Of a stretch of 64,000 nucleotides of DNA, positions 13,321 to 26,688 are shown piece by piece. The translations under genes and the position numbers were made by a program. The first letter of the stretch is position 1. Every line of letters starts with the position of its first letter. The notes beneath the pieces were generated by a model. That model did not search any database. It was not told where the DNA came from and saw nothing but the letters and a program-made list of their open reading frames with translations. The stretch is from NCBI RefSeq assembly GCF_009914755.1, contig NC_060931.1; one strand, 5' to 3'. This DNA is from the human T2T-CHM13v2.0 reference genome, Homo sapiens.

Positions 13321-14057
13321 TCTGAATGCAGCAATTACATTTTAACTTTCACCAGGTACAAAAGCAAAGACTGTTCATGAGATTATTGATACAAAAGGCC
13401 TAGGGACTTGAACAACCTGGGGCTCAGATCAGCAAAATCTTGAGTCAAGCAGAGTCTATACCTAGAAAGAGAATATCCCCTGGCTGAACATCCATCAGCT
13501 TCTCTGAGGAGGGAGAAATGGAACTTGTCAACTTCCCATACATTGGGTATGTCTTGGAAACATGTAGGTTTATATGAACTGTTCAAAGCAAACAACATAT
13601 ATCCTTGTGATCCTCCCAGAGGGTGGATTCTATCATTCTCAACAAATCCTTTGGTTGTTGTCACCAAGACCCAGTTCCTGAACTTCTCTGGTTTCTGTTG
13701 CATGGTTATATGGAGATCCAGGCAGTGCCTGGACAAGGGGCACCCAGCAATGGGAAGCTGCATCCCAACAGAATAGCACCCACATGGTTCGTTTCCTGTC
13801 TGGGTCTGCTGCACTTCACACTGCCTTACACATCCCAGACTGCCATAAGCAAGCAAATGCATAAGAGAGAGAGAGGAAAAAAAATAAGCTCTCAATTTGG
13901 GTACATGAGCTGTTCAGTTCATGGGTGGTGCTTGGTAGTCCTGCCAGTTACACAATCATCCTCCATTTTCTTATGGATATTCATGCAGAACCTTTGTACC
14001 TGGTTTAAATTTCTGACCTGGGCTTGACCTAGTCTTTATTCCAGCTTACTCATAATG

Positions 14058-14243
14058 TAGGGTTGCTAGATAAAACACAGGACACTCAGTTAAATTTGAA
14101 TTTCAGTTGAAGAATTAAAAAAATAATAATATGTGTCCTAAATATTGCGTGGGACATATTTATATTAAGAATTATTTGGTTTTGATCTGAAATTCAAATT
14201 TAACTGGGAATTCTGTTTTTGTTTGCCAAATCTGATAACTTTA
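14058..14243. mobile_element. MER53 palindromic MITE (hAT)
   Basis: TAGGGTTGCTAGATAAAACACAGGAC start; perfect 20-bp inverted repeat 14087-14106 / 14187-14206. Confidence 0.9.
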
Positions 14244-14950
14244 CATAGAAGGGAAGGTGTTTCTATGGTCAGGCCCTACTCTGTGGGTATCATTCGCCAG
14301 TATAGTTAGAAAACAAGATGGAGTTGTCCAAGGTGGTAAATGTTTGAAGTTTTCCTGGACTATTTGGCGCCTTCTGAATTATGGGCCAAGTTAAAGATAA
14401 TTAAGAACAGATGTATCCCCAAATGTGACACTACTTATTTGTTAGTACAATGATCTTTAAAAACTCTTTATTGAGCCTCAAATTGAAGTTTAGTGAACAA
14501 TTGCCAAAAAATGTGGGGTTTCCCACGCTACATGTCACAAGGAGAACTGCTTTTAAGCAGAGTCTCTCAGGCCTGTTAGCATGCCTACAACATCCTGCAA
14601 TTAGATGACACAGTTGGTTGCTGTATTTATCTTAAGGAAGTTTACAACCTCTTGGAAGGAAATTATAAACTTCCTATTTATTCAGTCTTTGGATAAGCAA
14701 AAACATAGATGCTTTGGTTTATACTGAAGGGAAAACCACTCTCCTAGAAGCTATAGTTATACCCCAACAACATTCTTCATTTATGTAGAAGTAATTATTA
14801 AAAAAATTTAAACATTCCTGCTTACTTCACTCTCCCAGGTTGACAGCATTGGTGCTTGCTAAATTCATTACAGTCCATATTCCATCTGGATTGCTTTAAT
14901 TCTAATGCCATAGCTTCACTTTTTTTTGTATTCCTCATTTTTTGGTCCTC

Positions 14951-15075
14951 TTTTTTTGAGACAGGATCTTGCTCTGTCACCCAGGCTGGAGTGCAGTGGT
15001 GCAATTATGGCTTACTGCAGCCTCAGCCTCCTAGGTTCAAGTGATTCTCCCCGCTTTGGTCTCTCAAAGCATTGA
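14951..15075 (-). mobile_element. Alu single arm (truncated AluJ/FRAM)
   Basis: TTTTGAGACAGGATCTTGCTCTGTCACCCAGGCTGGAGTGCAGTGG, about 125 bp only. Confidence 0.85.
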
Positions 15076-15664
15076 TCCTTTTTCTTTTCTATTCTCTATT
15101 ATGTTTTCTATTCTATGGGATGACTCACTGATGGGACAATATTGATTTTAGTGATCCAGCCAATGCTATTGTTCTGATAAGTACTCATTAATAACACTAT
15201 TTTCACTGTAAAGGATTTTTTATATTCTATTAATAAATGGTAACATATTTAGTGACTGTTATGTACTAGGCATTGTGTCAGGTGCTTGGATACTGTTCCC
15301 ATTCAATTCTCACAAAAGTTCTGTAAGTTAGAAACTATACTGAGCCCAATTTCACACCTGTGGAAACCAAGGCACAGTACTTATCATTCCTGACTACATT
15401 GCAAACCATCCTAATTAAATAGACATAAAAATATAAATATCAAAATGTAAGCAAAATATTCGCCAGTAATAATTCTTAATTTTACCTATCCTGGGCTCCT
15501 AGATCAACAGCTTCAACTGAATTAGGTTGTTCCAAATACCCAAATCATTCAGCTGGTTTGAATCCTGTAGACAAACATACGTGTAAAATTCTGATTCCTG
15601 CTCAACACTTTAAAAATCGCTTCTGTCACATAAGATGAAGTAATACTTTCTAAAATGAGTTTTA

Positions 15665-15916
15665 CCAAATAGTGCATGTTCTCATTAAAAGTGGAGCTAA
15701 AGATTGGATACATATGGACATAAAGATGGCAACAGTGGATGCTAGGGACTTCTTGGTGGGGAAAGGGAGTGAGGGAAGCAAAGGTTGAAAAACTAACTAT
15801 TGAGTACCTGGGTGACAGGACCATTCATACTCCAAACCTCAGCATTACACAAGATACCCATGTAACAAACCTGTACACGCACACCCTGAATCTAAAATAA
15901 AAGCTGAAATTATTTT
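15665..15916 (+). mobile_element. L1PA15-17 3' end, 5'-truncated
   Basis: L1PA 3'UTR (CCCATGTAACAAACCTGTAC..CCCTGAATCTAAAATAAAAG); perfect 14-bp TSD TAAAATGAGTTTTA (15651-15664, 15917-15930). Confidence 0.9.
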
Positions 15917-16070
15917 TAAAATGAGTTTTAGAGACTAATAGTTTTCTGTAATGTTAATAAGGACTGCCTGAGAAAGGAGATCGGTAGTTGAAGGATATGC
16001 TTTATAAAATAAAGTTAAACATGTTTCTTTGCTCTAAGACTTAGAAAGTTTTCTCTGTGCGTGTGTACGT

Positions 16071-16660
16071 TCTGTTAACTATTGCTGCATAGCAAGCAAT
16101 CCCAACCTTAGTCACATGCAACAGCAACCATTTGGTCATATGCATGGATGTGTGGGTTAGAAACGCAGACACAGCAGAGCAAGACGGTTTCCCTATGATT
16201 CATGATGAGTGAGGACTTGGGGGCAAGACTCAGAGGGGACTCGATGGCTGATGGCTGCATTCATCAGAGGACTCCAATATTCATCATGTGTGGTATCTGG
16301 GCTGGGAGGAGTCAGAGACTAGGAACGTCACTAGGAGCACCTATGCCTGGGCTTCCCAACAGCATTGTGTCCTCAGATATTGGTGGACTCTGGGTAGCTG
16401 GATGCCTTGCAGGGCCTTCAGGGCTCCAAGCAGGAGTGTCCAATGAGCAAGGCATCAGCGGCTTTCTGCCCTGACTTCAGAACACATGAATATCACGTCA
16501 TCCACACTCTACTGCTTACAGACATGTCACAGTCCCACCCAGATTCAAGGGAGGTGACATAAACCCTAGCATTCCATGCGAGAAGAATCACATTCCCACA
16601 TCAGAAAAAATGTGGTAAAGAAGCTATCATTGTGGCCATCTCCAGAAAATAAAATATGAT
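16071..16660 (-). mobile_element. MLT1G/H-like MaLR LTR
   Basis: CTATTGCTGCATAGCAAGCAATCCCAACCTTAGT...CCCACCCAGATTCAAGGGAGG..GTGGCCATCT. Confidence 0.7.
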
Positions 16661-17121
16661 CCTTTACAGATAATTCAATAACTATGCTTTCCCCATTGTA
16701 CTTGGTATCAGTCCATCTTCATCCTGAGGAACAGCATCCAGCCTGTTTGTGTCCAAGAGAGTCTATATTAGGAAATTCTGGCCTAGTATGTGTAGACTGT
16801 CAGGTTGGGAGGAAGCTTAGCTTACTGAGGCAGATCCTCCTTTCACAGGTGAGAACACACAGCCATAGAGTGCAAGCTTCTGGACCAGACCTCGTGAAAG
16901 GTTGTCATAGTAAAATCAGACAATCTTTTCATTTTCTTTCCTTCCTGTAATGCTGGCAATGTTGGACAAGGGAAGATATGGTCTGGGGGTAAATGTGAGG
17001 GGCCTGTATTTCATCTCTCTACTCATTCACAGCAGACAGGATTAGAGGAGTTTATAGGTTCTCCAGTGGACTGTTTTCCCCACTACAGAAATTCCCTCTA
17101 CAGGTTTTCTGATAATAATAA

Positions 17122-17422
<301 letters not shown>

Positions 17423-17479
17423 GATAACTCAGCTTTTGAGCAACTATCCTTGGGGCCAGTAAACTCTTTATATTCAAAT

Positions 17480-19045
17480 ATTATCATAAAATTACAAAAC
17501 ATAAAATATACCATTTTAGCCATTTTTAAGTGTCTCATTCAATGGCACTAAATCCATTCACAACATTGTGCAATCATCAGCACCATCCATCTCTGGAACC
17601 TTTTCATCTTCACCAAATGATACGCTGTCCCCATTACACATTAACTCCCCATTCCCCTTCCCCCATCTCCTGGCAACCCCTATTCAACTTTCTGTCTCTA
17701 TGAACTTGACTACTCTAAGGACATCATAGACGCAAATCATACAGTAGTTATTCTTTCACGACTGGTGATTTCACTTGGCATAATGTTCTCAAGGTTTGTC
17801 CATATCACAAATGTCAAAATCTCCTTCCTTTTAAGGGTGTGGAATATTCTATTGTATAAATGCACCACAATTTATTTATGTGTTCATATATCCATGGACA
17901 CTTGGGTTGCTTCCATCTTTTAGATATTGTGAATAATGCTGCCAAGAACATGAACTGTACCAATATCTCTTTGAAACCCTGCTTTCAATTGTTTTGGGTA
18001 TAATCAGAAGTGAAATTTCTACGTGGTATGGTAATTCTATTTCTACTATTTTGAGGAATCGCAATACTATTTTCCACAGTCACTGCCTCATTTTACATTT
18101 CCACTAGCAATGCACAAAAATCCCAGTTTTTCCACATCGTCTCCAACATGTATTATTTTCTTCCTTTTTGACAATAGCTACCCTTATGGGTGTAAAGTAG
18201 CTTCTCTTTGTGATTTTAATTTATATTTCCCTAATGATTATGGATATTGCACCCACAGTACCAGCTCAAATGGATGCAGCCCTGGCTCGTACAATGGGAA
18301 AAGGCTTTCACTTAATTGTTAACACCACCGTCCCAGCAGACTGGCTGCATTGCCATCACCTGGGATTAGTTAGAAATGCCATAAAAGCTCAACCCACCAC
18401 TCAGATGGGGGCGGGGACAGATGTGAGTGTTGTCTCCTGTCTTTTTGTGGGATGACTCACAATAAAGCTTTTGCTTTTCTCAAAAAACAGTGCCATAGGA
18501 TCAGCTTTGATACACATCAAGGATAAGCCCCTTGTTTGGTCATAATAGCGAGCATCTTTTATGTGCTAATTGCCATTTGTGTATTTTCTTTAAATAAACA
18601 TCTATTCAAGTCCATTTCCCATTTTTTAACCAAGCTGGTTTGTGTTGTTGAGTTGTAGAAATTATTTATATGTTCTGGATATTAATCCTGTATCTGGTAT
18701 ATGATTTGAAAATATTTTCTTCCATTTTATGCGTTGCCTTTTCATTCTACTGATAATGCCCACTGATATATGAAAAATTTTAATTTTGGTGAGGTATAAT
18801 TTAATCTTTCTTTCTTTCATTGCCTGTGCTTTTTGTATCATCCAAAAAAATCCAAGAAATCATTAACAAATCTAATGTCATGAAGGTTTCTCCTATTTTT
18901 TTTTTCCTAAGAGTTTTAGAGTTTTAAGTTTACCTTTAAGTCTTAGGTCTATTTTAAGTTAATTTTCACATACAGGGTGAGATAAAAGTCCAACTTTATT
19001 CTTTTGCATGTGGATATTCACTTTTCCCAGCACAATTTGGGAAAG
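17480..19045 (-). mobile_element. L1MB 3' end plus ORF2 tail, interrupted at 18241-18547
   Basis: ACCATTTTAGCCATTTTTAAGTGT..CACAACATTGTGCAATCATC..CTTTCTGTCTCTATGAACTTGACTACTCTA. Confidence 0.8.
18241..18547 (+). mobile_element. ERV1-type LTR fragment (family unresolved)
   Basis: GC-richer insert in the L1 with CATAAAAG and AATAAAGCTTTTGCTTTTCTCAAAA followed by a U5-like end. Confidence 0.5.
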
Positions 19046-19149
19046 AGCCAGTAAACTCTTAACCACACAATCTTACTGTGGCCAGAAACTATTTTACTCC
19101 AAGTATTTACTTTCTCTGAAAATAGATCACAATTTTCAGCTGAGATTGC

Positions 19150-19520
19150 TACCAGATCACCAGTCTTTCTTGCAGGTAGGCATTGATGTATGACTAAAAT
19201 CACGCCAGTAAGACATAAGCAAATGTGCACATGTACCTCTAGAAAGGCTGATTACAAAGAGTATACTTGGTGTGACACAAACCTGTTTATCTTTCACTCT
19301 CCTTTTGCCATCAGCCTGGAACGTGCATGTCGTGAATAGTTATAGTAGTACCTTGAACAAAAAAATGACCGTGAGCCAAAATATTGACAGGGCTCTGGTA
19401 GCGCAGGTCCCTGCAGACAATGTGGAGCTGCCATATCAGCTTTGGATCACCCTGTGACATTAAATTCCATCATGTTTGAGCCACTCTCAATTTATGTTTT
19501 CTTATTGCGCAGATGACCCT
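19150..19520 (+). mobile_element. MLT1I/J-like MaLR LTR remnant
   Basis: GCCTGGAACGTGCATGT..GGAGCTGCCATATCAGC..TGTTTGAGCCACT. Confidence 0.45.
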
Positions 19521-19549
19521 TATCTTTTCTAAGGTGCAATTTATGTGTT

Positions 19550-20380
<831 letters not shown>

Positions 20381-20382
20381 AT

Positions 20383-20657
20383 CTGTTCACTCTCAGAAAT
20401 GATGCCATCTGGAGGACGCAGTGCTTGTCTCTGCTGTTGGCAGATTAGACACTCACCAGTGACTATATCCAGGTCAGCCTTGGTGAGTGGAAGTCCATGT
20501 TGCTGAGTCCATGCATAACTTCCATCCCTGCCACCATGGCCACTTTGTTCATAAGCCCATTGGAAGATGAGAGTGTGGCTGGGGAAAGATTCAGCTGACT
20601 GGTATCCACAAAATGAATCATCTTATCCACTGGATTATTAAATAAATCCTTCTCTCT
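20383..20657 (-). mobile_element. ERVL (HERVL/ERVL-E-like) pol fragment: RNase H/integrase junction with HHCC zinc-finger region
   Basis: Minus strand from 20562 translates QWAYEQSGHGGRDGSYAWTQQHGLPLTKADLDIVTGECLICQQQRQALRPPDGIISESEQ, matching the ERVL integrase N-terminus (first His replaced by Tyr); upstream FNNPVDKMIHFVDTSQ is in another frame. Confidence 0.85.
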
Positions 20658-23074
20658 TAAATGCAGAAAAACTGTAGATCATGATGCAAATTCTATCCTA
20701 TAATTTAGAAAAACACATTTTTATCATTCTTCAAATTTTTCACTAAAGAATAAGAGATATTGCCCAAGACTGAAGCTAAATCTTATGCATCTGCCTTACA
20801 CAGAGGGAGACCTGAACTGGCATGTAGGGAACCTGCCTCCCAGCAAGTTCCATCACTGTCTTGCTAAGTCCTCTGGGACAAGGCATTCACCACTCTGAAT
20901 CTCCAGTTTTCCTCTGTCAAAATCCCTAGTCCCATTTGGGCCAGGGACTACTAGAGCTTACTTTGCCTTGAAAAGCATATTTACTACTCCTACTAACTTT
21001 TTACACTTTTTAAAGACGGATTAGAACTCTCTATTAGGAATATAAGCAAAATAACCTGTTTTTCTCTGATGAAACCTTATAGATCTGCAAATCACTTGCA
21101 GCCTTTGGAATGGAAACTTCCTTCAGATTCTGAAATGCTGCAACTCATTCTTTTTTTTCTAGAATATATAAAAAAAATCCTAAGTAAGAAAACTGTGGAG
21201 AGAAAATGTTTTTTTTTTCCCCACCAAAGTTGCCATTCCATTTTCACTTGAAAAAAGTACTAAAAATATAAAAATTCCAAAAGAAAACTGGTTTTTCTGC
21301 TACTCTGAAAAGTGGTGGCAGAAAGCTTGGTCTTGCAAAATGTTCACCCAGACCTGGACATCTGGTCGCCTTTGGCCCTTTGCAGTTCCCTCGAGGGCAC
21401 TTGTTCTGGCCCCTCCTTCCCTCATCAGATGCCTCAGGAAGCCACATACTCCCAGCTTTATTCTGGACTACAGAGAACACTGGTCGGGAGGTGGATGTAA
21501 AATCTTTCCAAAGAACCATGTCAACAAATAGTCTACCCTTCTTCAAGAAAAGCCAATTTCTATTTATAGGACAAACAGCCTTTCCAAAAATCGAGACTGC
21601 AGGGTGGCAGGGTTACAATACTCATTACTCTGATGACTTGTGGTCTTATCCTTCTGCTCTGATGTGGTTCCTCGTTGCATTCAACAAAAATGCACTGAAC
21701 CACTTCTGAGCCCTTTTACCTCTGCAAGGTAATACAGATTCAGTCTACTAAATTTATAGTTCCTTCCCTTGGAGAGGCTCTTGGTTTATTGGATGAATCG
21801 GGCATTTAGAGAACAATGCAAACAAACAAAGCTGAGTATCATTTGTTCCCCCAGTTTGTTAACAGTTTTTTTCGCGGGGGAGAGTGGAATAAGGAGGGTG
21901 TGGGTACTGATCTCAGCCATGGCTCTAGTGTCTCTGGTGAACCAGCCCCTGAGGCCCACCCTTTTAGCCAGTGATGATGGGTGTTTTCCTTGTAACTGGT
22001 TAACATGTCTCTACTGCACTGGACTGAGCTTGGGCATCCTGGATGCCCATGTCCTTCTCTGACATAGCTACTCTTCTACTACTGCAGGGCCTTTTCTCCA
22101 TCAGTGCCAGCATATTAATCTTGGACTGAATTTTTCTGTTTCTCTCCTCCAAAGGTGCACCCTGGCATTCTAAGCACTTCCACATCCACCTAACTTCTGC
22201 CAGGATTTTCTGTGGACTAAGGTAGCTAAGATGTAGAGGGAGACGCATGGTCCTTAAACCAGGCTGATCTAGTTCTTACTGAAACCACTTCCCAGCCCTA
22301 TCATCTTGGATAAGTCACTAAACTTTTTGGAGATGAGTTTCCTCTTTGATAAAATGGGGGACATAATATCCACCTTAAAGGGATGTTGTAAGGATTGACT
22401 TACATGGTTACTACAGAGTGCCTGGCAGAGATTTGCTGTCAATCAAAGTCATTTAGTAGACACTGCCTCTTTTGACAGGCAGAAATGACCCTGCAGGTCA
22501 GGGCGGATCCACTTCTCTAGATTTAGGTACACTCTGAGTTTCCATCCTTCATTTAATACACTCAGTGGTATTACCTTTTCTACTGGACTACATAAAGTCT
22601 TCGGCAAGGATTGTGTCACTTCATCTCTTAAGCATCTAGCAAAATACTCAGCACGTAGTAGCTAATTTATACAATTCTGCAAAACCAAAATATACTAAAC
22701 ATTCTAGGCTAGCCTTGACCGACTTGTCAGGCTAGAATGAGTCAGGCCATGGTCCTTCCATTTCTACCTCCAGCTCTCTGGATATACACTTCCCCAGGCA
22801 TCCTTCATGCATGGGTTTCATCATTTGCTTCAGTAGGTTGATGATTCTGTAGTCCATAGGTAATGTCCTAGAGGATATGTGCTCTCCCCCATATTTATGC
22901 AAATAACAGCAGACATATCAGACATTTATGCACATAGCAGCAGCTCTCTTTTCATAACAACTAAATACAAGTTTCCGTATTGCTCACTTGTAAAACAAGC
23001 TTAGACTCTGTTCTACATTAGTTAAGTTATTCCTATTTAGATACCATACCCCTAACTTAAGACCATTAAGTTGT

Positions 23075-23935
23075 ATGTGGTAAGAATATTTAACATGAGG
23101 CTTACTCTCAACAAAATGTTAAGTATACAATATAGTATTATTAACTATAGGTAAATGTTGTACAGCAGATCTCTAAAACTTATTCATCTTACTCAATGGA
23201 AATTTTATAACCCATTGATTAGCAACTCCAAATTTCCTTATCTGTCCAGGCCCTGGCAACCACTCTCTGCTTCCTGGGTTTTACTATTTTAGATACTTCA
23301 TATATGTTCTGTATTTGTCATTCTATGACTGGCTTATTTCATTTATCATCTTATCCTCCACGTTTATCCAAATCCAGATGGCAGAATTTCCTTCTATTTT
23401 AAGGCTGAATAGTAATGCATTGTGTGTGTACCACATTTTCCTTATCCGTTCCTCCATCGGTGGACTCTTAGGTTGTGTCCACATCTTAGCTGTTGTGAAT
23501 AATGCTGTCATGAATATGGAAGTACACATATCTCTTCAAGATGTTTATTTCCATTATTGTGAATACATATCCAGAAGTGGGATTGATGGATCGTATGGTA
23601 GTGCTATTTTTCGCTTTTTGAGGGATTTTCATGCTGTTTTTCATAGCGACTGCACCATTCTGTATTACCACCAAAAGTATGCATGGGTCCCAATTCCACA
23701 TTCTTGCTAACATTTATCATTATATTATATATATATATTATATTATATATATTATATTATATATAATGTAATGATAAATATATATTTATATAATATATGT
23801 ATATTGTGTAAAATGATAATATATATAATATATGTATATTATATAAAATGATAATATATATAATATATAAGAATAGTTATCCTAACAAGTATAAAGTTGT
23901 ATCTCATTGTGATTTTGATTTGCATTTCCTTAATG
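23075..23935 (-). mobile_element. L1MA9-like 3' segment (non-inverted part)
   Basis: AAGTATACAATATAGTATTATTAACTATAGG..TGTACAGCAGATCTCTAAAACTTATTCATCTT; ends at TGCATTTCCTTAATG. Confidence 0.85.
23712..23870. repeat. AT-rich low-complexity repeat with 22-bp inverted repeat and 35-bp tandem duplication
   Basis: Arms 23712-23733 / 23758-23779 (1 mismatch); units 23788-23822 and 23823-23857 (2 mismatches). Confidence 0.9.
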
Positions 23936-24751
23936 CAGATTCAATGTAATCCTTGTCAAAATTCCAATGGGATTTTGTACAGAAATAGATGCAACAATCC
24001 TAAAATTCATATGGAATCACAAAAGATCCTGACTAGCCAAAACAATCTAGAGAAAGAAAAACAAAGCTGAAGGCATCACACTTCCTAATTTCAAAACATA
24101 TATGGCACTGGTGTAAAGACATCTAGAGAAACGGAACCGAGTAGAAATCCCAGAAATAAATTCATGGATATACGGTCAACTGGTCTTTGACAACAGTGAC
24201 AAAAATACATAGAAAGGATGGTCTCTTCAACATGGCGCTAGGAAAACTAGATATATACATGCAAAGGAAGGAAACTGGACCCCTCTCTTACCTGATAGAC
24301 AAAAATCAACTCAAAATGCAAAACTTAAATGTAAGATCTGAAACTATAAAACTTCTAGAAGAAAACATAGGGAAAAGCTTCACGACATTGGTCTTGGCCA
24401 TGATTTCATGTGTCTGGCACCAAAAGCACAAACAACAAATGCAAAAATAGATAAACGGGGCTACATCAAACTACAAACTTTCCACACAGCAAAGAATAAT
24501 TAGTAGAGTGATAAGGCAATCTATAGAATGGTGGAAAATATTTGTAAGCCACATGTCTAATAAGGAATTAATATCAACAATATGTAAGGAAACTCCTGCA
24601 ATTCAACAGGAAAGCAACAACAGCAACAAAAGACCAAACAGCCCATAAAAGAGTGAGACTTGAATAAATGGGACCCAATTAAGAAAGAACGTGACTAGAT
24701 ATCTCTCCAAAAATATATACAAATGGCTCTCAGGTATATGAAAAGACTGCT
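23936..24751 (+). mobile_element. L1MA ORF2 segment in opposite orientation (inverted 5' part of the adjacent L1)
   Basis: CAGATTCAATGTAATCCTTGTCAAAATTCCAATGG ... AGGTATATGAAAAGACTGCT; ORF 24187-24450 has L1 ORF2-like peptide LNVRSETIKLLEENIG. Confidence 0.85.
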
Positions 24752-25040
24752 TTCCCAAGCACTGCCTCCTAAATTCTGGACTCTTGGGGAAATAGATTTA
24801 AGCTTTCTAGAACACTTTTCTATCACTGGCTGATCTTTGGCCCCTTTCAGTTCCTTCCGTTTTCTAGAAAATATCTGCATTGGGACTATTTCCTCCACTA
24901 TAGCCCCACATGTTAAAATACATTGCTATTTTTGTGGGCCCAGGAACAACTGTAGAGTAAGTAAATCTGACATTTCAAAACCAGCTGACATTAAAGCTTC
25001 TCCGAATTCCAACTCTGAAAATCTTCTGAAGAATTTAAAA

Positions 25041-25225
25041 TTTTTTTTTTCAAATTTTATATTTTTTATTTCAATAGGTTTTTGGGGAACAGGTGGTGTT
25101 TGATCACATGAATAAGTTCTTTAGTGGTGATTTCTGAGATTTTGTTGCACCCATCACCTAAGCAGTGCACACTGTACCCAATGTGTAGTTTTTATCCATC
25201 ACCACCCCCGACCCTTACTCCCAGA
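25041..25225 (-). mobile_element. L1PB 3' end
   Basis: ATTTCAATAGGTTTTTGGGGAACAGGTGGTGTTTG..AGTGGTGATTTCTGAGATTTTG. Confidence 0.85.
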
Positions 25226-26486
25226 TTTTGGGGAAATGCAAAAATTTGTTACTAGATGTTTTCCTTTCAGAAACAAAAAGTGAAGACAACTCCTTGGTTT
25301 GAAATTTCCTTCCGAAAGGATATAACTGGGCAGCTTAAAATGAAGCAACCTTCATCTTTTGATGCATGGAAAGATGTGACCCAGCTCATTACTCATGGAT
25401 ATGAAATCTAATTGAAAGAGGCATACTGTCTGCTGGAATCACTTGGCAGCTGTTAATGGCTTGATTCAGGCAGCTCATCCTCTGGGAAGCATGTCTCCTT
25501 GCCAGGAAACCTGAGCTCACTTCCTTTTCCCTGCCAGTCACCCACCCACAGCCATCGCTGTCACAGGCCCCTTCCTTCCCACTCTAGCTGCCCACCTGCT
25601 CCTTTCCCAGCTCCTCTCTCATCAAAGCTATCTTTGTTCGTCTGTCTCAGCACTGGGCATCCCCTTTAATGGCATCACTCTCTGTCCAAACCAGATAACA
25701 TGTGTCCTTATTTCTCATGTCATTTCCGGGCCCTTGGCAGGCCAACTTTCCCTGACTCACACGTGCTGGCCCCTCCTTCCCATCGCCTGAGCTTTCCTTT
25801 CCCTCCCTCTCTCCTGACCCTACATTTCCCCCTCTTGTCCTGCACTGCCCTGCCCTCCCATCCGTCCCTTCACTCCCTTCCCTCATGAAAGGCTCCACTT
25901 CTTTTGTAATTCTGTTAATTATCCAATGTCTTGCCTCTCTCCCCATTCTCTTACCTTTCCGTAAACCCACCTCTGACCCATTTCCACTGGCCACAACTGC
26001 TCTTTGCTTCCTCTTCTTGATTCCATTTCAACTTTCCACTTTTCCTTCTATCTGAAGTTGACAAATGGGTTCATAGTGCTCTGAATTTTAACACAGCCTT
26101 GTCCTTTGATCACCCTGGCTAAGCCTCAAACCCCCAGGCGGAGGTGCTACCACCATCTCCATTCTGCAGTGAAGGCTTCTGCACTTTCTAGAGTTTGTGA
26201 ACTCCAGTGGTGGAGGCAGCGGGCCCAGCACCCTGCGGAGGAGCTGAGATCCTATCTGCCCCCTGCCTGCTCTGAAGTCTTTCTTCACAGCCGGCCTCTT
26301 GATGGGAGGGTTAGGTGGCAGGGATCTCATTCTCCAGCCCCACCGCTATTAGATCTCCGCCAGCAAATACAATTTCTCATTCACCCCATTCCTCCCTCCT
26401 CCACCTCACCCTCCCTCTATGTCTTCCTTTTCTTCCCTTCATTTCTCGACAAGAGAAAAAATGCATAAAATATGCCTTTCTTCTTA

Positions 26487-26688
26487 TTGTTTTCCTCAAG
26501 CTGCATGTTTGGGGTCTCAAAATCATGTTGTGTGGTGGGGAACTGTTCTATGCATTATAAGATGTTTAGCACTATCCCTGGTTTCTTCCATTAGAAGCCA
26601 GTAGCCGCCTCCTTGTGCACCTCCCCAACTGTGGCAGCCACAAATGTCTCCGCATTGCCACGTGCTCCCATGATGTGAGAACCACTGT
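26487..26688 (-). mobile_element. MER20 (hAT-Charlie)
   Basis: GCATTATAAGATGTTTAGCACTATCCCTGG..AAATGTCTCCGCATTGCCA..GAGAACCACTG. Confidence 0.8.

Noticed and set aside
13717-13733. Palindrome TCCAGGCA-G-TGCCTGGA (also AATTATGCATAATT at 37626-37639)
   Set aside because: Palindromes with 7-8-bp arms are expected about once or more by chance in 64 kb.
13383-14027. Longest ORF (170 aa, minus strand) and overlapping plus-strand ORFs in unique DNA
   Set aside because: No recognisable domain or homolog and no convincing exon structure. An ORF of this length can occur by chance in 64 kb. BLASTP/PhyloCSF would settle it.
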